Below the pieces are notes generated by a model, which saw nothing but the letters and a program-made list of their open reading frames with translations, did not search any database and was not told the origin of the DNA. Of a stretch of 57,614 bases of DNA, positions 10,677 through 19,240 are shown in pieces. Position numbers and translations under genes: made by a program. Numbering within the stretch: position 1 is the stretch's first letter; the number at the start of each line of letters is the position of its first letter. The stretch lies in IMG/VR virus record IMGVR_UViG_3300028844_006223, positions 1-57,614 of that record; one strand, 5' to 3'. The DNA is from a virus. Its lineage: Duplodnaviria > Caudoviricetes.

Positions 10677-11342
10677 ATGTCAAATAACGGACCAAAAGAT
10701 GTATGTTTATTAAGTGGTGATGGTTATTTTATCGATGCTGTAAGAATATTTTATGACCAACGAGCAGAAGCGTATATACTGCCACCTTCTGCAGTTGAGG
10801 CGCCTTATCCAGATATTACTAAAATTGATAATGGATATCTAGCAAGATGGGATAGGGCTGCTGAAAGATGGAGATATGAAATTGAAGATTATTCATTTGG
10901 TACAGTAGATGCAGATCCACTTGAGATTTTAAAAGCATCCATTGAAACAAAAATGGATGCCGCTAAAGAAAAAATCATTGAAGCATTTGTTGATGGTGAT
11001 AGCACAAAACAACAAGCTTGGGGTGACTATAGAACCAATCTAAGATTATTATTATTTCAAATGTTTGATACTCAAAAAGCTCAAGCTGAGGCACAACCGT
11101 ACGATGCAGCAAAACCTTATCTTGCTGGTAATATTGTTTCACATGGTGGAAAATATTATACACTTGATATTACAGCAACAATTGGTGTACCTCGAGCTAC
11201 ACCGCCCGCGGCACCTTGGATTGAAGTTTCTTTAGGTGCCGCAATGCCAACACTTAAAGAACATCCTAATCCATTTTTGGCAAGAAAAGATCCAGGTGAA
11301 TTAATTCACTTCACTGGTTGGCCTCCATTTCCTAACGCATAA
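10677..11342 (+). CDS. Tail fibre assembly-like protein with carbohydrate-binding (CBM5/12-like) module
   Basis: Follows the fibres with AGGAG RBS; Tfa-like YILPPSAVEAP and W.DYR..LR; PYDAAKPYLAGNIVSHGGKYY resembles ChtBD3. Confidence 0.55.
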   Translation: MSNNGPKDVCLLSGDGYFIDAVRIFYDQRAEAYILPPSAVEAPYPDITKIDNGYLARWDRAAERWRYEIEDYSFGTVDADPLEILKASIETKMDAAKEKIIEAFVDGDSTKQQAWGDYRTNLRLLLFQMFDTQKAQAEAQPYDAAKPYLAGNIVSHGGKYYTLDITATIGVPRATPPAAPWIEVSLGAAMPTLKEHPNPFLARKDPGELIHFTGWPPFPNA

Positions 11343-11348
11343 CAAATT

Positions 11349-11891
11349 ATGGCAAAACAACACTGTTTAATTAATATCGAAACTGATCATTTTATTAAAA
11401 CTGTTACATCACCTTCAGTTGTACAAGATCAACTTCATTTATATCGAGTTGTTTTTGCACACCCACCAGACCCTTCTGAATATCCAATGAAATGGGATGA
11501 AAACACTGAAGGTTGGAATGCGGATAAGGTAGAATATAAAAATACAAAAAACGAAATAGCACAACCTATAAGTAATATACCAGCTGCACAACAAGTCAAT
11601 ACAGGTGAAAGTTTAAATCCAATGTACTTTGATGGATTAAAACCTTACACAAAATCTGCATTACTTGACCTATTTCAAAATGAACTTGAACGTATCAATG
11701 AATATACATTGCGATTAGCACTGACAGGAAAAAAAGCTACAAAGAAACTTAAAATTTATCGTGAAAGTTTGCAGAAGAAAATTGAAGAAACTAAAAGCAT
11801 GAAACAAATGTATAGTGATATTCCATGGGAAGCAGATGATGATACTTTAAAAAGAATATTCAAAACAGGAAAAGTAGATATTAAACCATGA
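11349..11891 (+). CDS. Hypothetical protein, possible tail fibre chaperone
   Basis: Position; KWDENTEGW and YRESL...IPW resemble Tfa-like motifs. Confidence 0.5.
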   Translation: MAKQHCLINIETDHFIKTVTSPSVVQDQLHLYRVVFAHPPDPSEYPMKWDENTEGWNADKVEYKNTKNEIAQPISNIPAAQQVNTGESLNPMYFDGLKPYTKSALLDLFQNELERINEYTLRLALTGKKATKKLKIYRESLQKKIEETKSMKQMYSDIPWEADDDTLKRIFKTGKVDIKP

Positions 11892-12037
11892 AAGAAGTTC
11901 CCGATTCATTGAAGATGGAATTCACATTGGCAATGAGAGAAGTCGAATATGAAATTCGTAAGAAAAAACAACAAGATGAATTGATTCGCCAATTTAGCGA
12001 AGCAATGGAAAAAGATAAAGCTAAAAAAAGTTCTTGA
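11888..12037 (+). CDS. Small hypothetical protein (49 aa, MKEVPDSLKMEF...)
   Basis: Read by hand; ATGA overlap with the upstream stop; below the ORF track cutoff. Confidence 0.55.
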   Translation: MKEVPDSLKMEFTLAMREVEYEIRKKKQQDELIRQFSEAMEKDKAKKSS

Positions 12038-12062
12038 CAAAATCTTAAAAGTATGCTAAATA
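12034..12062 (+). promoter_or_regulatory. Sigma70-like promoter overlapping a late-type TAAATA, upstream of hsp20
   Basis: TTGACA, 17 nt spacer, then TAAATA with a TG extended -10 element. Confidence 0.6.
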
Positions 12063-12066
12063 TGAT

Positions 12067-12175
12067 CAGAGAGGAGTGTATGGTTCATTCTTCTCTGCTG
12101 TGGTTGCCCGTTTGGGGACCACGATATATCGTGCAGTTTGCACAAATATAACTCGCTTTTTAAGGAGGCAATATG
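12067..12175 (+). promoter_or_regulatory. ROSE-like RNA thermometer in the hsp20 5' UTR
   Basis: Hairpins at 12067-12097, 12100-12122 and 12131-12143, then CUCGCU-uuuua-AGGAG pairing the Shine-Dalgarno. Confidence 0.7.
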
Positions 12176-12667
12176 CCGTTTTTGACTCGTTACTCAAATA
12201 ACGATTGGAACCGATTTGTGAACCATTCAATTGACTTGTTTGATCGAATGGAAATTATTTTAAATGATTCTCGGTTCTCAAATACTTCTACCACATCATT
12301 TCCACCTCATAACATCCGTAAACGTGACAACTCATACTTACTTGAGATGGCAGTAGCTGGCTTTGGTAAAGATGAGATTTCAATCACTCGAGAAAAAGAT
12401 TATTTGATCATTGAGAGCAAGAAAGACACAAAGGCTGATGATACAGATGGTTTTGTATATCGTGGCATCGCTAATCGTTCTTTCAAAAAAATGTTCACTC
12501 TCGGTGAGAATATGAAAATCATTGCGGCTGATATTAAAGATGGTATGCTTTATGTTGGTCTTGAGCATGAAATTCCTGAAGAGGACAAACCTCAGACCAT
12601 TGAGATTGGTAAAAGTACAGATGCAATGACAAAAGTGATTAACTCTGTCAAGAAGTTAGAAGCTTAA
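12173..12667 (+). CDS. hsp20: Small heat shock protein (Hsp20/IbpA family)
   Basis: FPPHNI, LEMAVAGF, YRGIANRSF, DGML, IPEEDKP motifs. Confidence 0.95.
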   Translation: MPFLTRYSNNDWNRFVNHSIDLFDRMEIILNDSRFSNTSTTSFPPHNIRKRDNSYLLEMAVAGFGKDEISITREKDYLIIESKKDTKADDTDGFVYRGIANRSFKKMFTLGENMKIIAADIKDGMLYVGLEHEIPEEDKPQTIEIGKSTDAMTKVINSVKKLEA

Positions 12668-12675
12668 ATATAATT

Positions 12676-12693
12676 GGCGGTCTTCGGGCCGCC
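12676..12693 (+). terminator. GC-rich stem-loop with UUCG tetraloop after hsp20
   Basis: GGCGGTC-TTCG-GGCCGCC; the U-tract is weak. Confidence 0.6.
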
Positions 12694-12694
12694 T

Positions 12695-12702
12695 TATAAA
12701 TA
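12695..12702 (+). promoter_or_regulatory. T4-type late promoter
   Basis: Exact TATAAATA directly after the hairpin. Confidence 0.65.
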
Positions 12703-12740
12703 CTTGACACACAACTTACATACACACAAAAGGAGAAAAA

Positions 12741-13048
12741 ATGAATTACTTCGATCTCAATACCACCTTTCGGTCTAGCCGATACTCAGAAATGCAATCC
12801 TATTTTAAATCCGAATATAAAACTGACCACGAATGGGCTTTTAACAATTGGCTTGAATCAAGAACAGAAGCCAAAAAAAAAGTTTTCTCGAACATTGCTG
12901 CTATCTTTGGCGCCTTGCCTTTCCTACGGAGCAACAATTAAAAGAAAAATATCTAAGTCAGGCGACAAACCTTGCAGATCTTGAACTCCGTATGAATAAT
13001 TGGGATCGACGAAATGGTCGCCAGAACAATATTGGTCCAACATATTAA
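12741..13048 (+). CDS. Small protein; frame 0 stops at 12941, and a -1 shift at the A9 run extends it into a DUF3563-like domain ending at 13048
   Basis: AGGAG RBS; the -1 frame reads KSFLEHCCYLWRLAFPTEQQLKEKYLSQATNLADLELRMNNWDRR and has no start codon upstream of the domain. Confidence 0.6.
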
Positions 13049-13071
13049 CACATCACACACAAAAGGTAATT

Positions 13072-13344
13072 ATGGCTGATAATAAAAACCCCTATCAAAT
13101 TCGTCAAGAACTACTGAACACGGCAAAAGATTTTGTTGAGAATATGTATCAGGTTCAGCAATCTGCAATTGAACGCCAGTTCCAATTAGCAGAACAAATT
13201 ATGGAAAAGAATGAAGAATCTGGACGGCAAATGTTTGAACAAACAACTGAAAATCTTGAGAAATATGCAAAAGGTTATCCAGGTGTTGATCAAATTCTAG
13301 CAGTTGCAAAACAATTCCAAGACTTCGTCGACAACAAGAAGTGA
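13072..13344 (+). CDS. Conserved T4-like phage hypothetical protein (KNPYQIRQELL...YP..DQIL..AK.F..FV)
   Basis: ATG at 13072 with AAGGT RBS preferred over the TTG at 13000. Confidence 0.7.
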   Translation: MADNKNPYQIRQELLNTAKDFVENMYQVQQSAIERQFQLAEQIMEKNEESGRQMFEQTTENLEKYAKGYPGVDQILAVAKQFQDFVDNKK

Positions 13345-13353
13345 TATCAAAGT

Positions 13354-13391
13354 CTCCTAAATAATATATCTAAACGATTATTATTTAGGAG
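13354..13391 (+). promoter_or_regulatory. RBS-sequestering hairpin with a late-promoter-like CTAAATA in its 5' arm
   Basis: 13-bp perfect inverted repeat CTCCTAAATAATA / TATTATTTAGGAG; the 3' arm contains the AGGAG of the next gene. Confidence 0.7.
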
Positions 13392-13395
13392 CATC

Positions 13396-13995
13396 ATGTT
13401 ACATATAGGAATTGATTTTTCCATCACAAGTCCTTGTATTTGTTTTTGGGATTCACGATACGAACATACGTTCGAAAATAGTTCTTTCTTCTTTCTATCA
13501 TCAAGCAACACTCATAAAAATTTTGATTTTCCAAAGAACATAACATTTGAAGATACGTCATCTTCAAAAAACAATCCTGTTAGGTTTTCAGAAAATGCAG
13601 AAAAGCTTACAAACAAAATATTAGCAGAAATTGAATCAGTGCGCAAATTCAATATTCTTCTCGAGGGATATTCAATGGGCGCAAAAGGTCGGTTATTTGA
13701 TATTGGTGAAGCTACCGGTATCTTTAAATATTTCTTATCAAACAATAATTTGAATGTTGCGACAGTTGCGCCAACAGCAATTAAAAAGATGGCAACTGGT
13801 AAAGGCAATGCAAATAAATTCTTGATGCTTGAAAAATTTACAGAAATAAATATAGAATTAAAATCTTCAGAATGGATAAAAAAATTGACCACTGAGAAAC
13901 ATCTACTCTCTCCGCTGACTGATATTGTAGACAGTTTCTTTATTGCTAACTCATCAACGGTAGTATATGATCAAGGCAAATTTAGTTCAAGATAG
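13396..13995 (+). CDS. RuvC-like Holliday junction resolvase
   Basis: IGIDFS, LEGYS, PTAIKKMATGKGNANK, DIVDS motifs. Confidence 0.8.
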   Translation: MLHIGIDFSITSPCICFWDSRYEHTFENSSFFFLSSSNTHKNFDFPKNITFEDTSSSKNNPVRFSENAEKLTNKILAEIESVRKFNILLEGYSMGAKGRLFDIGEATGIFKYFLSNNNLNVATVAPTAIKKMATGKGNANKFLMLEKFTEINIELKSSEWIKKLTTEKHLLSPLTDIVDSFFIANSSTVVYDQGKFSSR

Positions 13996-14839
13996 TAAAT
14001 TAATAAATGGCGAAAGACTCTTGACTTTTAACCTAAAATATGGTAGAATAATACATAGCGAACTCTTACGTCATCGAGCGGCGTCACATTCAGTAAAAAG
14101 TTCAAGAGCAATACCAACAAAGAAGTATCGGGAAGAAGTTGAAACTAATCCATATATTCCTGTGAAGTTTGGAACAAATCAAAAAGGAATGCAAGCTGGT
14201 AATCAAACACCAGCAACATTATCTTTTGGAACAAAGATTTGGAAACTCTCCGCAAGATTTGCATGTATTGCGCATAGCATGATGGAAAAAATTAATGTGC
14301 ATAAAGAAGTTGCAAATCGTATTTTAGAACCATATGTTTGGGTAGAAGAGACATTGACTATTGAAGAAGATGCTCTGATGCAAATAGCTGAATTGAGAAT
14401 TCATGATGATGCACAAGAAGATGTTCGTCGAATTGCTGAAGAAATGGTATATGAAACTGAGAACAGTAAAGAGCCTGTAATACTTGAAGAAAACCAATGG
14501 CACGTTCCATATGTTATTCGTCAAATTAATGGTAATATGATTTACAAAGATAATGATGGTAAGAATCTTACACTTGATGAAGCAATCATTTGTTCGGCAG
14601 CAAGATGTGCCAGAAGTTCATATGCAAACCATGATAATTCAACAACAACTTATGAAAATGATACAAAGCTTGCTGATCGTTTGGTCGGTTCAACACCGAT
14701 GCATTTATCTCCGTTTGAACATCAAGCAAGACCATTTTTAAATAATGATGAAAAACTTGAGTACATGTCAAACTTTCGTCATTTCTTTCAACAAAGAAAG
14801 GCAATTGAAAATTCATTATGGCAGCACAAACTATCTTAA
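13967..14839 (+). CDS. thyX: Flavin-dependent thymidylate synthase
   Basis: ELLRHR..S.S..SSRAIP, HKEVANRILEP, SAARCARSSY, HLSPFEHQA. Confidence 0.85.
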   Translation: MIKANLVQDSKLINGERLLTFNLKYGRIIHSELLRHRAASHSVKSSRAIPTKKYREEVETNPYIPVKFGTNQKGMQAGNQTPATLSFGTKIWKLSARFACIAHSMMEKINVHKEVANRILEPYVWVEETLTIEEDALMQIAELRIHDDAQEDVRRIAEEMVYETENSKEPVILEENQWHVPYVIRQINGNMIYKDNDGKNLTLDEAIICSAARCARSSYANHDNSTTTYENDTKLADRLVGSTPMHLSPFEHQARPFLNNDEKLEYMSNFRHFFQQRKAIENSLWQHKLS

Positions 14840-16134
14840 AAAATACAAAGCAAGATTCATTTCGTTCACAAGTTCTAAGACTCTGGAAACAACCACATGA
14901 CCGAGTGTTAAGAATTTTTCTACGAGATGCGGACTCACGTGGTTTTCCTGTAATTAAAGATTGGCCTGGTTTTATCGAAAAATATGGTAGTGATTATGTA
15001 CATGCTACATTGATGTACTATATTTTAGAGTACAAGCTACCAATGCCTCGCACACCGATTGAATTGGCCGATATCAAAGATTTATTCTGGCGATTCTCAA
15101 CAAAAACTATTTCACCATTTATTCATGCAAGTGATATGAATAGTCCGTTGATGCATCGCCTGTCAACACATCCTTACAAGTATGATTATGATGAACACAC
15201 TCTAGGCTATTTTCCTCAGAATACAACAGCAAATAAGATTTCAAATTATTTTGCTCAATCTGAAAGAATGCTCTGTGAGGTTCTTGATCGTGAAAGCACT
15301 GTACATCTATGGACTACAGAAAAAGGTGTGTCAAGATTTGTTGATGTTCTAAGAAGACTACCTTCAAAGAGTATGTCAGAAGCTGACTTGAAAAAAGTTT
15401 TTAGCTATGCCGGTCAAGTTGCTGCACAATTTAATGTAAACACGGCAAAGAACATTTATAATTTATTTCCCGGTGAAACTATCTTTGATATCTCATGTGG
15501 CTGGGGTGACCGCTTAACAGGATTTTATCTATCAAATAAAAGTACATATATAGGTACAGACCCAAATGAAAAGATGTTTGAGAAATACAAAGAAATGTGT
15601 TTACAGTATGAAAGCTGGCTAGGAAAGAAAGGTGATATTCTTCATGAAGGTGATGAATACTTTGAAATTCGTGGTAAGAAAAATGTTCGCATATATAATT
15701 TACCCGCGGAAGATTTACCATATAAAGATTTACCAAACATTGATATAACTTTTTCTTCACCTCCATATTTCAATCGTGAATTATATGCCAAGGATTCTGC
15801 AAAAGAATCAAATCAATCTTGGAATCGTTATTCATCTGACAACGAATGGCTAAACGGATTTCTTTATGTTGTGCTTGATAACATCATGCCTAAATCTAGG
15901 TCAACACTTGTAAACATTACAGACATTGGCACAGATGCACAAAAGAACCGAGTATTCATTTGTGATCCAATGGTAGATCGATATCGTGATGAGTTTCGTG
16001 GTATGATTGGTTTTCAATTGTCAAGATTAATGAACATTGAAAATGTCAACAATGGTACTTATACAGAACCAATCTGGGTATTTGGTGAGAAGTTACCACT
16101 ATACAATAAAAAAGATTTAATGAGTATATTTTAA
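14818..16134 (+). CDS. Amino-group DNA methyltransferase (m6A or m4C)
   Basis: SAM-binding DISCGWGDR and catalytic FSSPPYF motif. Confidence 0.8.
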   Translation: MAAQTILKNTKQDSFRSQVLRLWKQPHDRVLRIFLRDADSRGFPVIKDWPGFIEKYGSDYVHATLMYYILEYKLPMPRTPIELADIKDLFWRFSTKTISPFIHASDMNSPLMHRLSTHPYKYDYDEHTLGYFPQNTTANKISNYFAQSERMLCEVLDRESTVHLWTTEKGVSRFVDVLRRLPSKSMSEADLKKVFSYAGQVAAQFNVNTAKNIYNLFPGETIFDISCGWGDRLTGFYLSNKSTYIGTDPNEKMFEKYKEMCLQYESWLGKKGDILHEGDEYFEIRGKKNVRIYNLPAEDLPYKDLPNIDITFSSPPYFNRELYAKDSAKESNQSWNRYSSDNEWLNGFLYVVLDNIMPKSRSTLVNITDIGTDAQKNRVFICDPMVDRYRDEFRGMIGFQLSRLMNIENVNNGTYTEPIWVFGEKLPLYNKKDLMSIF

Positions 16135-16146
16135 TTAAGGAGTATT

Positions 16147-16407
16147 ATGTTTCACCGAATTACAGCAACATTTGATCAAGGATCATGGGAAAGAATAATC
16201 AATACAGAATTTCTTGTCTGTATTGATCCGTATCAAGATGAACATGAGATGTATATTCGTTTTCAATTAACAACTGAACAAATTGCGTTTGTATATACAA
16301 ATCTTGAACACATGATGCAAGATTATAGTCGCCTAGCAAATAATCTTGGACAGGAATATACAAATGTACATACAATCATTACACCAAAGAGTTGTAAGGA
16401 GTTATAA
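16147..16407 (+). CDS. Hypothetical protein
   Basis: AAGGAG RBS; tightly packed in the operon. Confidence 0.7.
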   Translation: MFHRITATFDQGSWERIINTEFLVCIDPYQDEHEMYIRFQLTTEQIAFVYTNLEHMMQDYSRLANNLGQEYTNVHTIITPKSCKEL

Positions 16408-17918
16408 TGCAAAGAGAATATAATGTTGATGCTGCTATTATTGGTGCCGGTACTTCCGGCATGACTGCTTATAGAATTTTAAAAAAAGCTGGCCTATCAG
16501 TACTGCTAATTGAAAAAGGTGCATTTGGTACAACTTGTGCTCGAGTTGGTTGTATGCCAAGTAAATTACTTATTTCAGCAGCAGAAAGAATGGTTGATTT
16601 GAAATCAAGTTATAATTTTGGATTTGAATCAATGATCAAACCAGACATGGATAGAATATTTGAAAGAGTAAGAACAGAAAGAGACCGTTTTGTAAAGTTT
16701 ACAACTGACTATGTTGCTGAAATACCAAAAAACGAAATTTTAAAAAAGGTTGTATACTTTGATGATGATGGTGTATTATCTACCTTTAGTGGTATAAAAA
16801 TACATGCAAAATTTTATCTTGTGGCAACTGGTTCACAGCCAACATTTCCTAACGAGTTTGAAATAAAACAAACAACAAATACTCAAGGTGATGATGATTA
16901 CATCTACCAAGGAAGTTTATTTACAAGTGATACAATTTTTGAACGAAAATTTAGAGCAGAGGAACACATTTCAGTAGTAGGTGCAGGTGTGATCGGTCTT
17001 GAATTAGGTCAAGCGTTTGATGAATTGGGAATACACACTACAATTTTTGGAAGAAATAATCAAATCTCAAATTTAACAGACCCTGAAGTTAGTGGATATG
17101 CAAAAGAATTTTTTAAAAATAAACTTCAAAACTTCTATCCAAATTCTGAAATAACAAAATATAAATCAACACTTGAGGCTAATGGCGAATATATAAATTG
17201 GATATTTTATAAAGACCTTGATAATCAAGATGCAAATGATGCTACACTAGAAGATGAGACATCTAATGAAATCATTAAAGGTGTAAAAACTTTTTCAGAT
17301 GCTACATTAGTGGCTAGTGGTAGAAAACCAAATATTGCTGTTTTGAAATTACATAACACCGGAGTTGGTTTCACAGAAGGATTACCTAATTTTGATGCAG
17401 AAACAATGTTTTGTTTAAATGACCAAAACGAACCAGTAAATATTTTAATTGCTGGTGATTGTACGGGTGAAAGACCTCTGCTACATGATGCTGCTGATGA
17501 AGGAAGAGCGGCTGCTGAAAATATAATTCGAGTAATTAATAACGAGCCGATTCAAAGACGTTATATGGGACCTCCAGTAACGATAACATTTACAAATCCT
17601 GGTATAGCAACAGTTGGATATTCATTTAGTCAAATAAAGGATTATTTAGATGATGTCAAAATTGGGTTTGCATCATTTGAAGATCAAGGTCGCTCACGAA
17701 TTTTGCATAAAAATTCTGGATTAATAAAAGTATATGCAGATAAAAAAACTGATTTATTTTTGGGTGCAGAGATGATTTGTTCAGATGCTGAACATTTTGC
17801 ACATACTTTATCATGGGCATTGGGCGCCGGAATGACTATTGGTCAAATGCTTCAACTACCGTTTTATCATCCAACAACTTTTGAAGGTGTGAGAACTGCA
17901 CTTAGAAATTGCTTATGA
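16407..17918 (+). CDS. Dihydrolipoamide dehydrogenase-family pyridine nucleotide-disulfide oxidoreductase
   Basis: GAGTSG FAD loop, GTTCARVGCMPSK redox disulfide, ATGS, GAGVIGLELG, AGD, YHPTTFE. Confidence 0.9.
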   Translation: MQREYNVDAAIIGAGTSGMTAYRILKKAGLSVLLIEKGAFGTTCARVGCMPSKLLISAAERMVDLKSSYNFGFESMIKPDMDRIFERVRTERDRFVKFTTDYVAEIPKNEILKKVVYFDDDGVLSTFSGIKIHAKFYLVATGSQPTFPNEFEIKQTTNTQGDDDYIYQGSLFTSDTIFERKFRAEEHISVVGAGVIGLELGQAFDELGIHTTIFGRNNQISNLTDPEVSGYAKEFFKNKLQNFYPNSEITKYKSTLEANGEYINWIFYKDLDNQDANDATLEDETSNEIIKGVKTFSDATLVASGRKPNIAVLKLHNTGVGFTEGLPNFDAETMFCLNDQNEPVNILIAGDCTGERPLLHDAADEGRAAAENIIRVINNEPIQRRYMGPPVTITFTNPGIATVGYSFSQIKDYLDDVKIGFASFEDQGRSRILHKNSGLIKVYADKKTDLFLGAEMICSDAEHFAHTLSWALGAGMTIGQMLQLPFYHPTTFEGVRTALRNCL

Positions 17919-18610
17919 AAAAATTTTTAGACCGTGGAACTATTATAATTGAAAAAGAAAAAAATGAAACATATTATAATGAATTTCCATTTCATCTTGT
18001 TGTATATCATGATGTTTTTGCTCCTGAATTATTGACAGAAGTTGCCGAAATATCAAAACAATTATTATGGTTCTTTGACCATTATGATAAAGGTACAATA
18101 AAGAAGCCAACTGGTGCAGTTTTTAATTTTGACAATTTTAAAGGAGCGTCAAAACAACAACGATATTTACAATCAGCAGAAAAGGAGTTTCCAGCTTTTA
18201 AAGATTTTTTACTTATGCTGACTGAAATTGATTATACAATATTAGAAATTTTAAATAATGATTATCCTGAATTTCCAATAAATACTGATAACTATAAAGA
18301 AAACCTTATTCAAAATTTGATTAATTGGTTTCAATCAAATGAAAACCCAATATTACATACAGATGGTGGAATTCTGTCAACACTAACACCCTATGTTGTT
18401 GATAGAGTTGATTTTGATTTGTATAATTCTCGAGGAGAAACAGAGTTCTTAGTGCAAAATAAAACACATATGGTAGGTACACTTCCAAGAAATGGAGATG
18501 TTGTTGTGTTTAGTGGACAAATACGGCATCGTGGAAATGGATGTATTGATAATATTCGAAGATATTCATATGTGTCTACATATAAACACCCAAAAGAAAA
18601 AAGAGATTGA
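17915..18610 (+). CDS. 2OG-Fe(II) oxygenase-like protein
   Basis: HTD...GETEF...VVFSGQIRH...R.S facial triad pattern. Confidence 0.7.
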   Translation: MKKFLDRGTIIIEKEKNETYYNEFPFHLVVYHDVFAPELLTEVAEISKQLLWFFDHYDKGTIKKPTGAVFNFDNFKGASKQQRYLQSAEKEFPAFKDFLLMLTEIDYTILEILNNDYPEFPINTDNYKENLIQNLINWFQSNENPILHTDGGILSTLTPYVVDRVDFDLYNSRGETEFLVQNKTHMVGTLPRNGDVVVFSGQIRHRGNGCIDNIRRYSYVSTYKHPKEKRD

Positions 18611-19230
18611 AACATATTATATTTGTAAGAGGTTTGCCCGGTTCAGGGAAAACAACTCTAGCTACAAGACTTGCACAGAAATGTAATTCAAAGTTTTTTG
18701 AAGCAGATCAATTTATGGTTGACCAGCATGGTAACTATAAATTTGACATTCGCAAACTTGGCTATGCACACAAACAATGTTTAATTGATGGCTTAAAATA
18801 TCTAGCAAGAAATCAAACAGTTATATTTTCAAATACCTTTGTTACCATTCGTGACTTTGTACCTTACATTCGTGAGATACAAAATTTTAAATCTATAAAT
18901 TTAACTGCAAATAATTTTGTTGCAAATTCAAATAATTCAATTATTGAACTACGAGAGAATTGTGGAGATCCAATATCGGTCCGAACAATTTGGCGTCCAT
19001 CAGAACCGCCAATTACAGATACCGATCTAACCACATATCCTAAAGTAGAACCAAATCTCGACAATATTAAAATTACAATTTATCAACCAGGATATCATGG
19101 TACTTCTGTGCATAATGTTCCAGAGCAAACTATGGAGAACTACAGAAGAAAATGGATACCTACTACAACAATTACCCAACACTTCAAAAGGAATTTAAAG
19201 AAAGCAGATATACAATACAATATCTTATAA
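18607..19230 (+). CDS. P-loop kinase (polynucleotide kinase/AAA_33-like)
   Basis: RGLPGSGKTT, FEADQF, AH..C, SNTF, SVHNVP. Confidence 0.8.
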   Translation: MKHIIFVRGLPGSGKTTLATRLAQKCNSKFFEADQFMVDQHGNYKFDIRKLGYAHKQCLIDGLKYLARNQTVIFSNTFVTIRDFVPYIREIQNFKSINLTANNFVANSNNSIIELRENCGDPISVRTIWRPSEPPITDTDLTTYPKVEPNLDNIKITIYQPGYHGTSVHNVPEQTMENYRRKWIPTTTITQHFKRNLKKADIQYNIL

Positions 19231-19240
19231 AAAGGAATAT

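Noticed and set aside
12704-12732. TTGACA as a second sigma70 promoter
   Set aside because: No acceptable -10 hexamer at 16-18 nt spacing
13000-13071. TTG start giving a 114 aa version of the 13072 gene
   Set aside because: The RBS and CA-rich leader sit before ATG 13072, and the extension overlaps the DUF3563-like frame
14818-16134. Restriction-modification system
   Set aside because: No cognate restriction nuclease is adjacent; orphan methyltransferases are common in T4-like phages
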